Positions 38,573 to 51,002 of a stretch of 64,000 bases of DNA are shown here, in pieces. The notes under the pieces are model-generated. The model made no database searches. It was not told the origin of the DNA and saw only the letters and a list, made by a program, of their open reading frames with translations. The first letter of the stretch is position 1, and the number at the start of each line of letters is the position of its first letter. The DNA comes from Octopus sinensis (taxonomy: Eukaryota): positions 160,642,001 to 160,706,000 of the forward strand of contig NC_042998.1 of assembly GCF_006345805.1 (NCBI RefSeq). The letters are read 5' to 3'. A program made the position numbers and the translations under genes.

Positions 38573-40789
38573 TAACGATATGATAGTATGTGTTAAAATT
38601 TAAACTTTGAATCTGTTATTATAATATCCAAATATACCAAGAATAGTACCCGGAAATCATTGACTTGTTAGTCTATGCATTTTAAAAGATTGGTCCTATG
38701 AATATGCTAAGTTTCTTTAACTTGTATTTCTCATCATAATTTACTTTGGATTTTTATTCTGGAATCAAAAACAAAATGGAAGTGAGAAAATGGTTATTCA
38801 TTTTGATTTTAAAATTTCCAACTCTATTTTTGTTTTACCTTTTTTTATATATATGTGAAATCTCAACCAGTTTGCCGTTAAGAGGAAAAATCTAAAGTAA
38901 AATCTGGATTCTTAAGTTAGTCTGGTTGCATTTCTTCCTGTAGGCTTCCTTTCCTACATCAAGTATCAGTAATAATTCTCTGCTGCTGAGCACCTTTTTA
39001 TCCAATGCTCATATGATCATACCATCTGTATTTATCAATGTTAAACAAAACAAATCAAGCACAGATTTAGAATTCCTTATCTAAATTACCTAGTAACCTT
39101 AACTCAACACCTTTTCTGTTTGCAAATGCAAAATCTAATTGACACCGATATTGGGGTTTGAAATAGCAATCCTATGTTTTCTCCATTAGTAGCACAGATG
39201 CCTGGTGTTCTCTGGTTTAGCTTTGTCAAAGCAAAAATAACATCGATTAAAAAAATACCCCCTTCCTTTATAAGATATATATATATTTGAAAAGGAATCT
39301 TTCAATAAAATGAAAAATGAATATATTTGCTTGAAGTACAGATGTCTAGCAGCTAAAATAACATAAGTGAATGTTTTTAAGTATAAAGCAGTCATTTTTG
39401 TGCCATAGAGATTATTTTCTGATATAAATATTGCAATAAATAAAATTTATTCATTTCCTACCCTTTTTTTTTTAGTTGAGGATACAAATTTTATTTTTTA
39501 TTTGCTTTTTTTATATTTCATACTTTAAATATATCATCAATTATGGCACGGCAAATTTAATTTCAATGAAATGTAAACAGACATATTGAAATGTTTCTTA
39601 GAAACTATTTTCCCCACATTTTACCTGAAAATGCTTACTATTTTTAAGTGTACAAAAAAATTATAAAAGAATAAGATATATAAATTTTAAAAAAATATTT
39701 TAAAAAGTGCATGTAAGAGAAAAAATCTTAAAATATTATTTTAAATGAAATCCCTGATGCTGTCAGTTTTATCAAGTTTGTGTTTTCAATACCATCCAGA
39801 TAAATTAAACAAATTTCTGTTCCATAAGATATCTGTTATCCTAGGGCATGCTTCTATCTAGAGTATTAATAGCTTGTCAATTTGATGCTGAAGTGAGCAA
39901 CCAAAGCTAAGCAATTTTGGAAATATCTAATAGTTTTTAATAAAAAAATTCCTTGTAATGAATGAATATAAGTACATACAACTTCAGTTTAAATTTCAAA
40001 AGTCATTTTAGTTGAAACCGTCCAATTAATTACTTAGAAAAGTTTATATGGGGGATAAAAAAAAAACATGAATTATACATATAAAAAAAAAGTTTATATA
40101 TATATATTTTATATTATCAGAAAAATATACCTAGATATCTATTGATGAATTATGATTGAAATATGAAATTTGAAGGCTTTCCTAGATAAGACCTAACGTA
40201 TAAATAAAATCTAATGTTTTTATCCTGTTCAAGGGTTTATACATCCATTCTTTTATATTATTTGTGCTAAATTTAAGTGAATTTGGCAATAAAACCAAGA
40301 AAAATGTCAAACTAATCAATGACAGCTTCACAATTATCCTTATTTTGTTTAGTAGACTTTCTATAAAAAAAAAAACAAAAATGAAATGTGGTTTAAGCTG
40401 AGGATGTTACAAAAGTTTAGATCTCACAGACTAAATAAATAAATATCTTTTGAAGAAGTTTTATAGAATGACAAACCCAGCCAATGTAATCAATAATCAG
40501 TGGTCTGATTTATATTAACACTTTTCTTGTAAATGCACCTTCCCCATGCATATGCACACTAAATGCAATGAATTCAACATAGACCCAAGAGTGCAAAACA
40601 TTCTGAAGGCTTCATATCTCAAGGATCTCAATTCTGTTGTGGTTGGCTGATCTTCTTGAGTATAGCAATGTGGGGAAAAGGGAAACCCAGGAAGAAATAG
40701 GACAACGTATTGAAGGCCAATCTCAAAAATACTGAACCTTATGAAGGAGATGGCAGAAGAGTGAAATATGTGATGCATTGCTGTACTTG

Positions 40790-41108
40790 AGAAGACCAGC
40801 CCACCACAACAAAATTGAGATCTTAAAACCAAGGTGCCATGTAAAAAGCAATGGTATGAGTGCTAGTGCCACGTAAAAAGCCCTCATGCTGGTACCATGT
40901 AAAAAGCACTGGTGATGGTGCCATGTAAAAAGTAACCAATACACACTGTAAAGTGGTTCGCATTAGGAAGGCATCCAGCCATAGAAAGCAAGCCAAAATA
41001 GACTGTAGAACCTAATGTGCCCCTTGGTCCTATCAGTTTCTGTCAAGCTGTCCAACCCATGCCAACATGGAAAATGGATGTTAAATGTTGATGATAATGA
41101 TGATGATA
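40790..41108 (+). mobile_element. RTE-type tail with short GGTGCCATGTAAAAAGCAC units
   Basis: Four shortened units, then CATTAGGAAGGCATCCAGCC...CATGGAAAATGGATGTTAAATG(ATG)n. Confidence 0.75.
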
Positions 41109-41269
41109 TCTAAAGATAAACTACTGAAGTTTTATAATTCAAGATATTTTTTTTAGTAATAATTACTATGAAGGAGGAAATATGATCATAAAGTCTGATA
41201 AAGATTATAATTTTTATCAAAACAAAATACAGAATCATTAGTTAGTTTTGTTTATGGCTGTGTAGGCTT

Positions 41270-41650
41270 GGGCATAACTGTGTGGTGAAGAATTTTGCTC
41301 AGCAACCACATGGACTCAAGTTAAATTCCACTGCATGGTACCTTGGACAAGTGTCTTTTACTATAGCCCCAGATTGACAAATGATTTGCGAGTGAATTTG
41401 ATCAACAGGAACTTTATGTATGGAAGCCCATAGTATATAAATGAATAAATATGTGTGTGTGTGTGTGTGTGTTTGACAACCAATGCTGATTTGTTCATGT
41501 CCCTATGACTTAGCAGTTCAGTAAAAGAAGCAACAGAGTAAGTGGCAGACTTAAAACATCAAGTACTGGAGTTGATTTGTTCTATAAGCCTTCAATGTGG
41601 TGGTGCTCCAGCATGGCTGCAGATTAGAGAGTGAAACAAGTAAAAGAGTG
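41270..41650 (+). mobile_element. SINE family 1
   Basis: Head and tail motifs. Confidence 0.75.
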
Positions 41651-41954
41651 TTAATAAAAAAGATATAGAAATGATTAACTGGATAAAGACTACCCATTCT
41701 TGAGTTCAAATCTTTGGCTGACATTTTGTTGAATCTGAGCAAGAAACTTAATTTTAGTGCAACTATTCATCTAGCTGTGGGAAATATGAACCAGGTTATT
41801 CATCATCATCATCATCATCATCATATTATTGAATAAAGTACCAGTTGAACGCTATGGTCAATGTAATTGACTAGCTTCCTCCTCTAAAATTTCAGGCCTT
41901 GTGCCAATAATACAAAGAAAAATTATTGTATGTACATTCACAAGATCATCCTCA

Positions 41955-42140
41955 TCATCATAATTTAATGACTGTTGTCCATGCTAGCATGGGTTTGATG
42001 GTTTGACCAGAACTGGCAGGCTGGGGAGCTGCACCAGACTCCAGTCTGATTTGGCATGGTTTCTATGGATGGATTCCCTTCCTAATGCCAGCCACTTTAC
42101 AAAGTGTGCTGGGCTCAGGTGCTTTTACGTAGTGCTGCAC
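41955..42140 (-). mobile_element. RTE-type terminal tail
   Basis: CCATGCTAGCATGGGTTTGATGGTTTGAC...GGATTCCCTTCCTAATGCCAGCCAC. Confidence 0.8.
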
Positions 42141-42144
42141 GAGT

Positions 42145-42420
42145 GCTTTTACACTGGTAAGCTAGTATATATTTTAAGCATAGTACGGGAATTGCTACTG
42201 AATCTATTTTTGTGTGTATTTATGTTTTGTATTGGTCTGGTTCAGCAAAAAAACGGTTATTTTTTAGGAATATTGTTTCATTATCATTCTGTAAAATTAT
42301 ATTTTTGTTGTGTCAAGGAATTGATAAACTTTTAGATAGGGTTTCTGTCTCTTTTGAGTGGGATGCATCTTACTCATCTAAATTGGCTCTTGTGTTTATA
42401 GGTTTCACCTGCAAGAATCT
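42145..42420. repeat. Unclassified ~275-bp dispersed repeat, copy 1 (copy 2 at 51029-51305)
   Basis: Both start TGGTAAGCTAGTATA and end AGGTTTCACCTGC; collinear, roughly three-quarters identical by eye. Confidence 0.8.
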
Positions 42421-42510
42421 ACATATCTTTTACTTTATAGAGTTAAGCTCTGTTTCAATGTCATCTTTGTCCAGATGATGAGGTTAAACAGGATTATGGA
42501 TTAAATCTAA

Positions 42511-42737
42511 TTAACCCTTTAGCATTAGACTGGCCAGATCAGGTCACAGCAGTCTACCTGTTTTATGTTCACACCAATCAGATCTGACCTCTCACACTTA
42601 CCATACAATATCATTCTGAAAATAAGCAGTCTCATCATTAAAACCTCAAAATTACAAGATAATGCATGATTAATTCAAAACAATGTGAATAAATAAGCAT
42701 TACATTTGACAGAATAATCTGAATGCTATATAGTTAA
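42511..42737. mobile_element. TTAA MITE copy
   Basis: TTAACCCTTTAGCATT...GAATGCTATATAGTTAA. Confidence 0.8.
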
Positions 42738-44479
42738 AACTACCTACCACTCAAGAACAGGTAGATCTTATGAGCATATGTAAAAAAAAATACTAAATAA
42801 GCATGTTTTCATTGTTATACTATTTATTGCATCTAATTTTTGAGTGTCAGTTCTAACACACTGCTCTCTGTTAGCTGATCTTTGGATGTCTTAAAGAGAG
42901 TTTATTCACTCTATTTTGAACATTTGGATAATTCTTTGTCTACATAAATTTATTTTTTTTACAGACATTGATCAGCAAATATTCAGGATGGGCATCAATT
43001 GCATCAGTCTCATCAGACAGGAAGGGCTAGGAAATAGCGAAGAGCCCTGCCCCTCCTCTCCTCTTGAAATCATATATATATAAAATGTAAAAAGCAAGTT
43101 ACGTGTTATTTCTGCTTTAACAGTGAATTATGATCTGGTGAAAAACACATTGAACAACTTATCAATTTTATTCTTAAAAATTAATTAGAAAATACTTTGA
43201 TTAAACTTTGGTAAAAAAATTAAAAAAGCAAAAACCAACTATTCATTTATTATATAGGTTTTCAAGTTAGCTATCTTATCAATGCATCTTAATGACTAGA
43301 TGTGTTGAATATTTTCAGAGAGTAATAAAAATTAACAAGGGATATACAAAGATGTGGTTGGAGTTTTCATGGTGATCTTGCAATAAATTATTTATCAATT
43401 AATTTATCTTAATTTTTCATTACAATAGAGTCTAGAAAGTAATTATTTTGAGCTTTCTCTTCATTCATACAACTTATTTCAATTTTGTCAACACTTACAT
43501 TCAAGATTGACGTATAGATGTGACAAAAAACAGAAACAAAATAAAAAGAACAAAAATAAAAGAGCAAATTTTTTTCCTTTTTTTGACATGTAAGCATATT
43601 TGTTTCTGAAGTTGTTTTGAACCCTGATTATAAATGTTTTTAGTTTCCTTCACACATGTTTAATTACTGAAATATGACTAGTGTTAATTACAAGTTTATA
43701 ATAAGCACACATTAGCCTACTTAATGATAAAATTTATTAATTCCTTTTAGGTGTAATACCAAAAAACAACGACTACATTTTTAAAGTATTATATCTGTTT
43801 TACAGACAGCAGATTATGATTCTGACATTATGTATAGAAGGATAAGATTCAATGATTCCTTATTATCGTCTTCAAGGCAGCAAGCTAGCAGAGTTGTTAG
43901 AACATCAGATGAAATTCATAACAGTATTTATTCCAGTTTCTTGCATTCCAAGTTCAAATCTCACAGAAGTCAACTTATCCTTTCATCTTTGAAGGGTTGA
44001 TAAAATAAAGTACCAATCTAGAGCAGTGAACTGGCAGAAGGCCCTCTCTTCCCACCACCAATGATCACTGCCTACAACAGGCTTCTTTACTCTCTCTTAC
44101 AATTGTTAGAAGAGATGCCTTGTGGTATTTGTTTTGGCCCTTTGCATTCAGAATTCTACCAAGACCTTTCCTAGTTGTAGACATACTCCGTTCCTGGTTT
44201 AACACTACCACTTAGCATCTTGGTTGTCATCACTGGAGTCCAGTTTTTTTATTTGGAGAAAGCTTTCTCAACACTAGAACAGAGGAAATAAAAGTATCAT
44301 AATTTGATTAAGGCACATTTCTGTTTACTCAAAGTAAAATTTCTATCTTTATTACTCAAAGACATTGGAGTTTTAAAAATCTTTTATTACAAAGATTATT
44401 TTGCATTATAGAGGCAAGCTCTGGAATCAAAGGGTCTTAGAGTTAATTTGGCAAAGAGCAAGTCTTACTAAATAGGAAA

Positions 44480-45760
44480 GTAAGCAATTACCAGTCCCTT
44501 CTCAATATGTAGAAAAGGTGTAAATGGAAATTCTATATGGTGTGCCCAGTGTATGCTATGGATGCATAAGAGGTACAGTGGTACCACAAGAAGGTTAGCA
44601 GAAAAATTAGTCTTTGTGTGTGGAAGATGTGCAAGTACAGCAAACACTACATACAGAAAATAGACTTCCTCAAATGTCTGGGGGAATCCTTAGAAGTAGT
44701 TGATAGTTTCTGTTACCTAGGTGACCAAGTTAGCACTGGAGGAGGATGCTCTGAAAGCATAGTTGCAAGAATAAGAACTGGCTGGTAGAGAGAAGACTGG
44801 GCTGGTATCTTATGTGATGCCTATAGATGAGGACAGCTACATAAAGAAAGTGCTGATTCTAATTGAGGAGGGAACCTGTGTAGACCAAGGAAGAAGTGGG
44901 ACAAAATGGTGAGAAATGATCTTCAGATGTTGAGATGACAAGGGACTGAGACATGGCAATTTGCTGTGCATAAGAAGGCATGTCAAGGTAAGTAAAATCG
45001 AGGCCATACATGCAGGCATGTTCTTTATGGCCATATCCCCTCACACACACACACACAATTTGTTCTCTGTCAAAACGTCCCCACAGTCCATCTTTCCAAC
45101 TTCTCCTCCCACCACCCCATAGCAGGTCCCTCCACTCTCCCTCTCTTGCCTACCCACTCACTCTCTATGCCTTCACATATCTACCATGCTCTGCCAACCA
45201 CTCCATTTTCTCTCACCATCATCTGCTACAGTCATCTCTTCCCTATTGCTAAACATCTCTCACACTCTTATAAAAAATCTCCCTCTATTCCCCCTACTGT
45301 ACCTTGAGGGTATGTCCCTGATACATTTCCAACACCATCTATTTCTGTCTCCTTCACTCTGTTTGTCTCTCCATTTTTCTCTCTAATTCTGTGTCTCCTT
45401 CCTCTCCTTTCTTTTCCTGATGGGATAGCCAAGTAACTCTATTAAAGTAAGACATGTATTTCACACCTATCTCTATCCCACTATTACACTTTAACCTCTC
45501 AACTGGCACAAAGCTACCACCCATAGTTCCACTCCCTCTCCCAGCTGAAGGGTCTTTGTCATGCAAGTTACCAGGTGATTCCTCGCTGGTGCTGGTGTCA
45601 CATAAAAAGTCCCTAACACACTCTGTAAAGTAATTAGATTTAAGAAGCGCATCCAGATGTAGAAACTTGAGCCTGGCACAGGTCTCTGGCTTGCAGGCTC
45701 CTGCCAAACTGTATAACCAATTCCAGCTTGGAAGATGGATATTAAATGATGATCATGATC
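44480..45760 (+). mobile_element. Old internally deleted RTE copy with pyrimidine-rich 3' UTR
   Basis: Decayed PHD-like region, LEVVDSFCYLGDQVSTGGGCSESIVARIRTGW, then a jump to the WYGHV/GRPRK region; UTR homologous to 36430-37189. Confidence 0.85.
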
Positions 45761-46029
45761 ATAAAGTATATGAATTATGTAAAAGAATATACACTTAGCT
45801 GTGTTTGGAAATAATTTGGGAGATATATAACTGGAAAGAACATACAGGAAAGGCAGATTAAATAATACAGTACCAGATATAGTATATCTATGAAATGGGT
45901 GTCATGCTCATGTCTGAATTTCTTTATCATAGTTCAGTTGGATCAGTAAGGATCAAGTTAAACAACAATATACATATTTGACAATTAAAGTCTGACATAC
46001 TGTATAGAGTTAATTCATATACTCTGATT

Positions 46030-46330
46030 TGCTTTGTTGTTTACTGGGTCTCGATGAAGAGGGAGTGGCCATGGTCATTGTAGGCCCCTGAGAATGATGA
46101 GATTAATGCCATTAATGTCATGTTTAAGACACTGTCACAAGTCAAAATCTGCTAGCAAAACATTAGCAGAAAGGATATTCTAGAGGACTAATGTCCTAAG
46201 GAGAAAAGATTAAGCATGACAATTAGTGCAGAGATTAGGGAATTGGACACAAAGGTCATGAGAGCAGGTGAGTGGGTTGATCTGGAGAGCCTGAGTGGAG
46301 GAGGCAAAAGAAAATGTGATACAAATGTCT
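46030..46330 (-). mobile_element. Decayed CR1/L2-group LINE 3' end
   Basis: Frameshifted PPPLRLSRSTHS..H..CVQFP...TNCHA.SFLLRT..L.NIL.ANV...DL...KHDIN resembles the SF..RT..LWN.LP..V C-terminal motif. Confidence 0.5.
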
Positions 46331-46902
46331 TCTCAAATACTTATTGCCAAATTTACATCACTAGATTATTTATTACAGTTATCAATTGATATTTTGCTTT
46401 CATTTATTCTTTTCCTGTCTGACAGCATTTGGTAACTGGACTATGGCCATGTTAGAGCACCTTCTTCAAAATTTTTTAATTGATTATATTGGTCAAAGTA
46501 GTTTGTGTGATACTTATTTTATTGATCTAGGAAGAAGATGAGAGGTGGAGTCAATAGAGAAGGCAATTGAGGTGGAATTTACTACTCCAAGCTAGTTTTG
46601 TTTGATGTGACAAAATGTTGCAGCTATTACTGTTCCATATAAATATACACATTATAAATGTTGTGTACCCAAATATTTTAATCAAGTGTGTATATTAACC
46701 TGACTATTGGATGTTGTTATACACCACTGGTCACAATGCATTTCTTTGCATTGTAGCTCTGAAATGATTGCTAGGTGGGCAAGCCAACATTTCTCCTGAA
46801 TGGAACAACAGTTAGTTGCATGGTTATCCATTTACAACTAAGTGGACTGGAATGAGAAATGAAGTGCAAACACCTTACACACATACACAAACATGCAAAT
46901 AC

Positions 46903-46971
<69 letters not shown>

Positions 46972-46992
46972 CACAACACATATTTATTTCTT

Positions 46993-47393
46993 TTAACCCT
47001 TTTGCATTAAACTGTCTTTTGCATTTAAACCATTCTGCTGGGTGGTTGGTGTCAGGAAGGGCATCCAGCCATAAAGACCTTGCCAAAACAGACACTGAAG
47101 CCTGGTGCAGTCTTCTGCTTAACTAGCTCCTGTCAAACTATCCAACCCATGCCAGCATAGAAGGCAGACATTAAATGATGATGATGATGATTATGATATA
47201 TGGCTCAAGTATTCTTTTTTATGTTTAAACCTGCTAGGTCTGGTCTCTTACACCTGCCATACTGTGTCAGTCTAAAAAATAAACAATCACATCATCGAAA
47301 TTTCAAAGCTATGAGATAATGCATGATTAATTCAAACCAATGCAAATAAATAAGCATTACATTTGACAGATTAGTCAAATGCTAAAGGGATAA
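46993..47393. mobile_element. TTAA MITE interrupted by an RTE-type tail (~47030-47195)
   Basis: TTAACCCTTTTGCATT start, AATGCTAAAGGGATAA end, GGAAGGGCATCCAGCC...(GAT)n inside. Confidence 0.8.
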
Positions 47394-47399
47394 ATGTTG

Positions 47400-48032
47400 T
47401 TAAATTGAATACTCTTTACTCTTTTACTTGTTTCAGTCATTTGACTGTGGTCATGCTGGAGCACCGCCTTTAGTCGAGCAAATCGAACCTGGGACTTATT
47501 CTTTGTAAGCCCAGTACTTATTCTATTGGTCTCTTTTGCCGAACTGCTAAGTGACAGGGACATAAACACACCAGCATCGGTTGTCAAGCAATACTAGCAA
47601 GACAAATACAAACACACAAACACACATACATACATATATATATATATGCTACTTTTATGAGAGAATGATTTACCACAGACATCACAGTGATATGAATTCT
47701 CTCTTGTACATTGCTTGACATGATACCTGAACTCAGTGAATTTTGGGAGATTTTTTTTCCACATTGATTTATTTTTCAACTTTGAAAATAGATAAGAGTT
47801 TCATGCTATCAAGCAGTGATTCTGAATTTAAAGGTTTTGCAACAGAAAATATGGATATTGAGAAAAAGAATGAATAAGGCTTCTTTCAGTTTCCGTCTAC
47901 TAAATCCACTCATAAGGCATTGGTCGGCTCGGGGCTATAGCAGAAGGCACTTGCCTAAGATACCACGCAGTAGGACTGAACCCGGAACCATGTGGTTGGT
48001 TAGCAAGCTCCGTACCACAAAGCCACTCCTGA
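47400..48032 (-). mobile_element. Young SINE family 1 split by a ~230-bp insertion (47648-47877)
   Basis: 3' half 47400-47645 and 5' half 47878-48032 are collinear and CpG-retaining. Confidence 0.85.
47650..47740 (-). pseudogene. C2H2 zinc-finger fragment (linker plus first half of a finger)
   Basis: TRENSYHCDVCGKSFSHKS matches the TGEKPY.C..CGKSF consensus; truncated before the His pair. Confidence 0.7.
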
Positions 48033-48464
48033 ATGGAACAACAGTTGTCATTATTAATTGGTTTTTAGAAAATAAGTTTACATTAAGTCCTGGTGGAAGA
48101 TTTTAATAGATGACAATTTTTTAACAACTGTTTTTTAGATTTATTTATATAAGTTCTTTATGTTTTACTGAGAACAGTAACATTCCTAAAATCATTAGTG
48201 AGTCAAGGTTTTCTTGGTTTCATTTTCTCTTGAGTTTTTTTCACAGATTCCATCTATCAAAATTTTATTCTCAAGGTATTGGTTGGCTCACTATATCTAT
48301 ATTTGGCTAGCTCACATAATACATTTGCTTAGAGTGCTGCTGACTAGGATTGAACCCAAATCACATGGTTCCAAAGTAAACTTCTTAACCATTTTGCTAC
48401 CATATTCCTATTGAGATACTCTGTTTTTACTTCAATTAATTTTGAAAATAATTCTTTTGTTTTC

Positions 48465-48840
48465 CTATTCTTTTTCTTGTTTCAGTCATTTGACTGCGGT
48501 CATGCTGGAGCACCACCTAGAAGGGTTTTAGTCAAACAAATGTTTTTAAAGCCTAGTACTTTTTCTACTGGTCTCTTTTCCTGAAGTGCTAAGTTATAGG
48601 AATGTAAACACACCAACACCGGTTGTCAAGTGCAAATGAGGAGACAAACACTGATGCAAAGGCACACACACACACACACATGACAGGCTTCTTTCAGTTT
48701 CTGTCTACCAAATCCATTCACATGGCTTTGGTTGGCCCAAGGCTATAGTAGAAGACACTTTCCCAAGGTGTCACACAGTCAGACTGAACCTGGAACCATG
48801 TGGTTGAGTAGCAAGCTCTTATCACATAGCTACACCTGAG
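48465..48840 (-). mobile_element. SINE family 1
   Basis: Full set of family 1 motifs in reverse complement. Confidence 0.85.
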
Positions 48841-49219
48841 CTTAGTAAAATCACTTTGTCATTATTAATTGGTTTTTAGAACATAAGTTAACATTAAGTC
48901 CTGATGGAAGATTTTAATTTGGGACTCTTGAAAATGAGATGTTTGTAACACAAAGCAAGGGGTGATCTGAGGTGGGTTGATATCAAAAGGGTTAGCTATG
49001 CCTGCAATCATTTATGAACAAACATTTAATCTTCTGATAGCACCAAAGCTGAATGTCAGTCAACTCGGTAATAACTGTGACCCTTCCAGTTGTGAGACCC
49101 AAGAAGTTTGTATATAATGAAATATTTGAGTAGAACTAATAATTAAAGCATTTTTCTGATAGAAAAATGTAAACAAACTACCTTTGGTTTTAGATTTCAG
49201 TTCCTTCAATAGGCAGAAA

Positions 49220-49740
49220 TAAAGGAACTAAAACCTGGGGATGTCCTGACTTTTAGGGTGATAGAAGAGAGAAAGATAAGATTAAGGAAAGAATGAAAGA
49301 AAAAGATGAAAGGAGAAAAAGAGAGGGTGAAATTAAGGGTAAAAAATGAGAGAGAGAGAGAGAGAGACAAAAGAGAGAGGGAGAAGGTATGATGGAATAG
49401 AGAAGGAAGGGAAGGAAGAAAGGGTAAAACAACTGAGCGGCTGAGTAAAAGTAAAATAAAGATGCAGAAGGGGGAAAAGAAGTAGGTGGGAGAAAGTGAA
49501 GAAGAGGAATATGGGAGGTAAAATAAAGAAAGAAGTGGTAAAAGAGGGAGAGGAAGGGGAGCAGAAATATAATACAGAGAGTGGGTAAGAAATGGATGGG
49601 TGGAGAGATGGAAAATAACTAAAAAGTGTGTGTGGTGGTGGTGGTGTGGGGCAAAGGATACAGAAAGTGAAAGAGTGAAATTTAGTGAAAAGGAGCAGGT
49701 CTGAGAGAGAGAGGGGGGCACAGGATAGAGGAGAAAAGTT
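49220..49740. repeat. Purine-rich (GA) low-complexity tract
   Basis: Direct inspection. Confidence 0.8.
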
Positions 49741-50019
49741 AAATGTTATATATATATATTCTGTATGACACAAGAATCACATACCTCCACTCTTTACAGC
49801 CTAAATGTGACCCAATATATTTGTCCAACTGAATCAATGATTACAGAAATAAAAAGATAACAGTCACAGAAAACTCATGCTTCAGTCTTATCTTGCTAGC
49901 CCATTACACACTCCCAAATCCCAGTTGGGTGTGTGGAACTTGATGTTGCATTTGGGAGGCATGTATTTTTGCTACTCATATCAGCTGATCTGGTTGTGTT
50001 TGTGTCAATGAACTGAACT

Positions 50020-51002
50020 GGTAGAATTGTTAGCATGCTGGACAAAATGCTTCATGGCATTTCTTCTGGTTTTATATTCTGATACATAGTATCTACTGCA
50101 GTATAATTTGTTCTAACTGAACATCCTCGTTTAAGTGGGCATAAATATTACCTCTTATTAATACTGTTTCTGTCACTAACATATTTTTTAACAAGCTCAC
50201 TAGCTAATTGTGACACCAGTGCCTGTTCTGGCACTGTTTTACTTTATATTGCTGGTGGAGAGATGAGTTATTGCTTCTCTAGCAGTTGAGCATCCATCAC
50301 TGACAAGACTGAGGAAGGTTGAAGTCCCATGATCTGCTGGTCTCAGTACTGGAAATGACAGGGATTTATATCCCCACCAGCAATGTAAACAAGAGTGCAT
50401 TTTGCACCAGAACCCAATATGATAGTTTCTCTCATGGTATCTACCACAGTATAGTTCGTTCTAACAGAACATTCACATTTAAGTGGGGAATAATATTTCG
50501 TCTTGGTATTAATACTGCCTCTGTTGCTAATATATATTTTTTAACAAACTCACTGGCTAATTGTGACACCATGAACTGTTCTGGCACTGTTTTTCCTATA
50601 TATCACTGATGGGGAGATGAGTCACTGCTGTCTCTACAGACTGAGTGTCCATCATTGACAAGGCTGAGGAAGGTCGAAATCACATGATGGTGGTCTTGGC
50701 ACTGGAGATAGCAGGGATCTAGCTCCCAGCTAGCTACATAAACAAGACTGCATTTTGTACCAAAAGCTAATATGAGAGTTTCTCTCATGGTATCTACCAC
50801 AGTGCAGTTTGTTTTAATTGAATATCCACATTTAAGTGGGCATAGATTTTACATTCTGAGTTCAAATTCTGACAAGAGTGATTTTGCCTTTCCTCTTTTG
50901 AGATGAGTAGAATAAGAGCCACTTGGATGCTAGGATCAATGTAATCAGTTAGCCCCTTACTCAAAAATTTCAGGTCTTGTGTCTATAGCAGAAAGAAAAA
51001 TT
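50020..51002 (+). mobile_element. SINE family 2 interrupted at TTTTACATTCTGA by a 764-bp insertion
   Basis: 5' part 50020-50082; remainder resumes at 50847 with TTTTACATTCTGAGTTCAAATTC and ends ...GTGTCTATAGCAGAAAG. Confidence 0.8.
50083..50846. repeat. Insertion of 2.2 tandem ~350-bp units flanked by a 13-bp direct repeat
   Basis: CAT(A/G)GTATCTAC unit starts at 50085, 50433 and 50786; flanks TTTTATATTCTGA (50070-82) and TTTTACATTCTGA (50847-59). Confidence 0.85.

Noticed and set aside
38900-39250. RTEX-like remnant (KHRIAIS)
   Set aside because: Single short motif with no supporting downstream zinc-finger pattern
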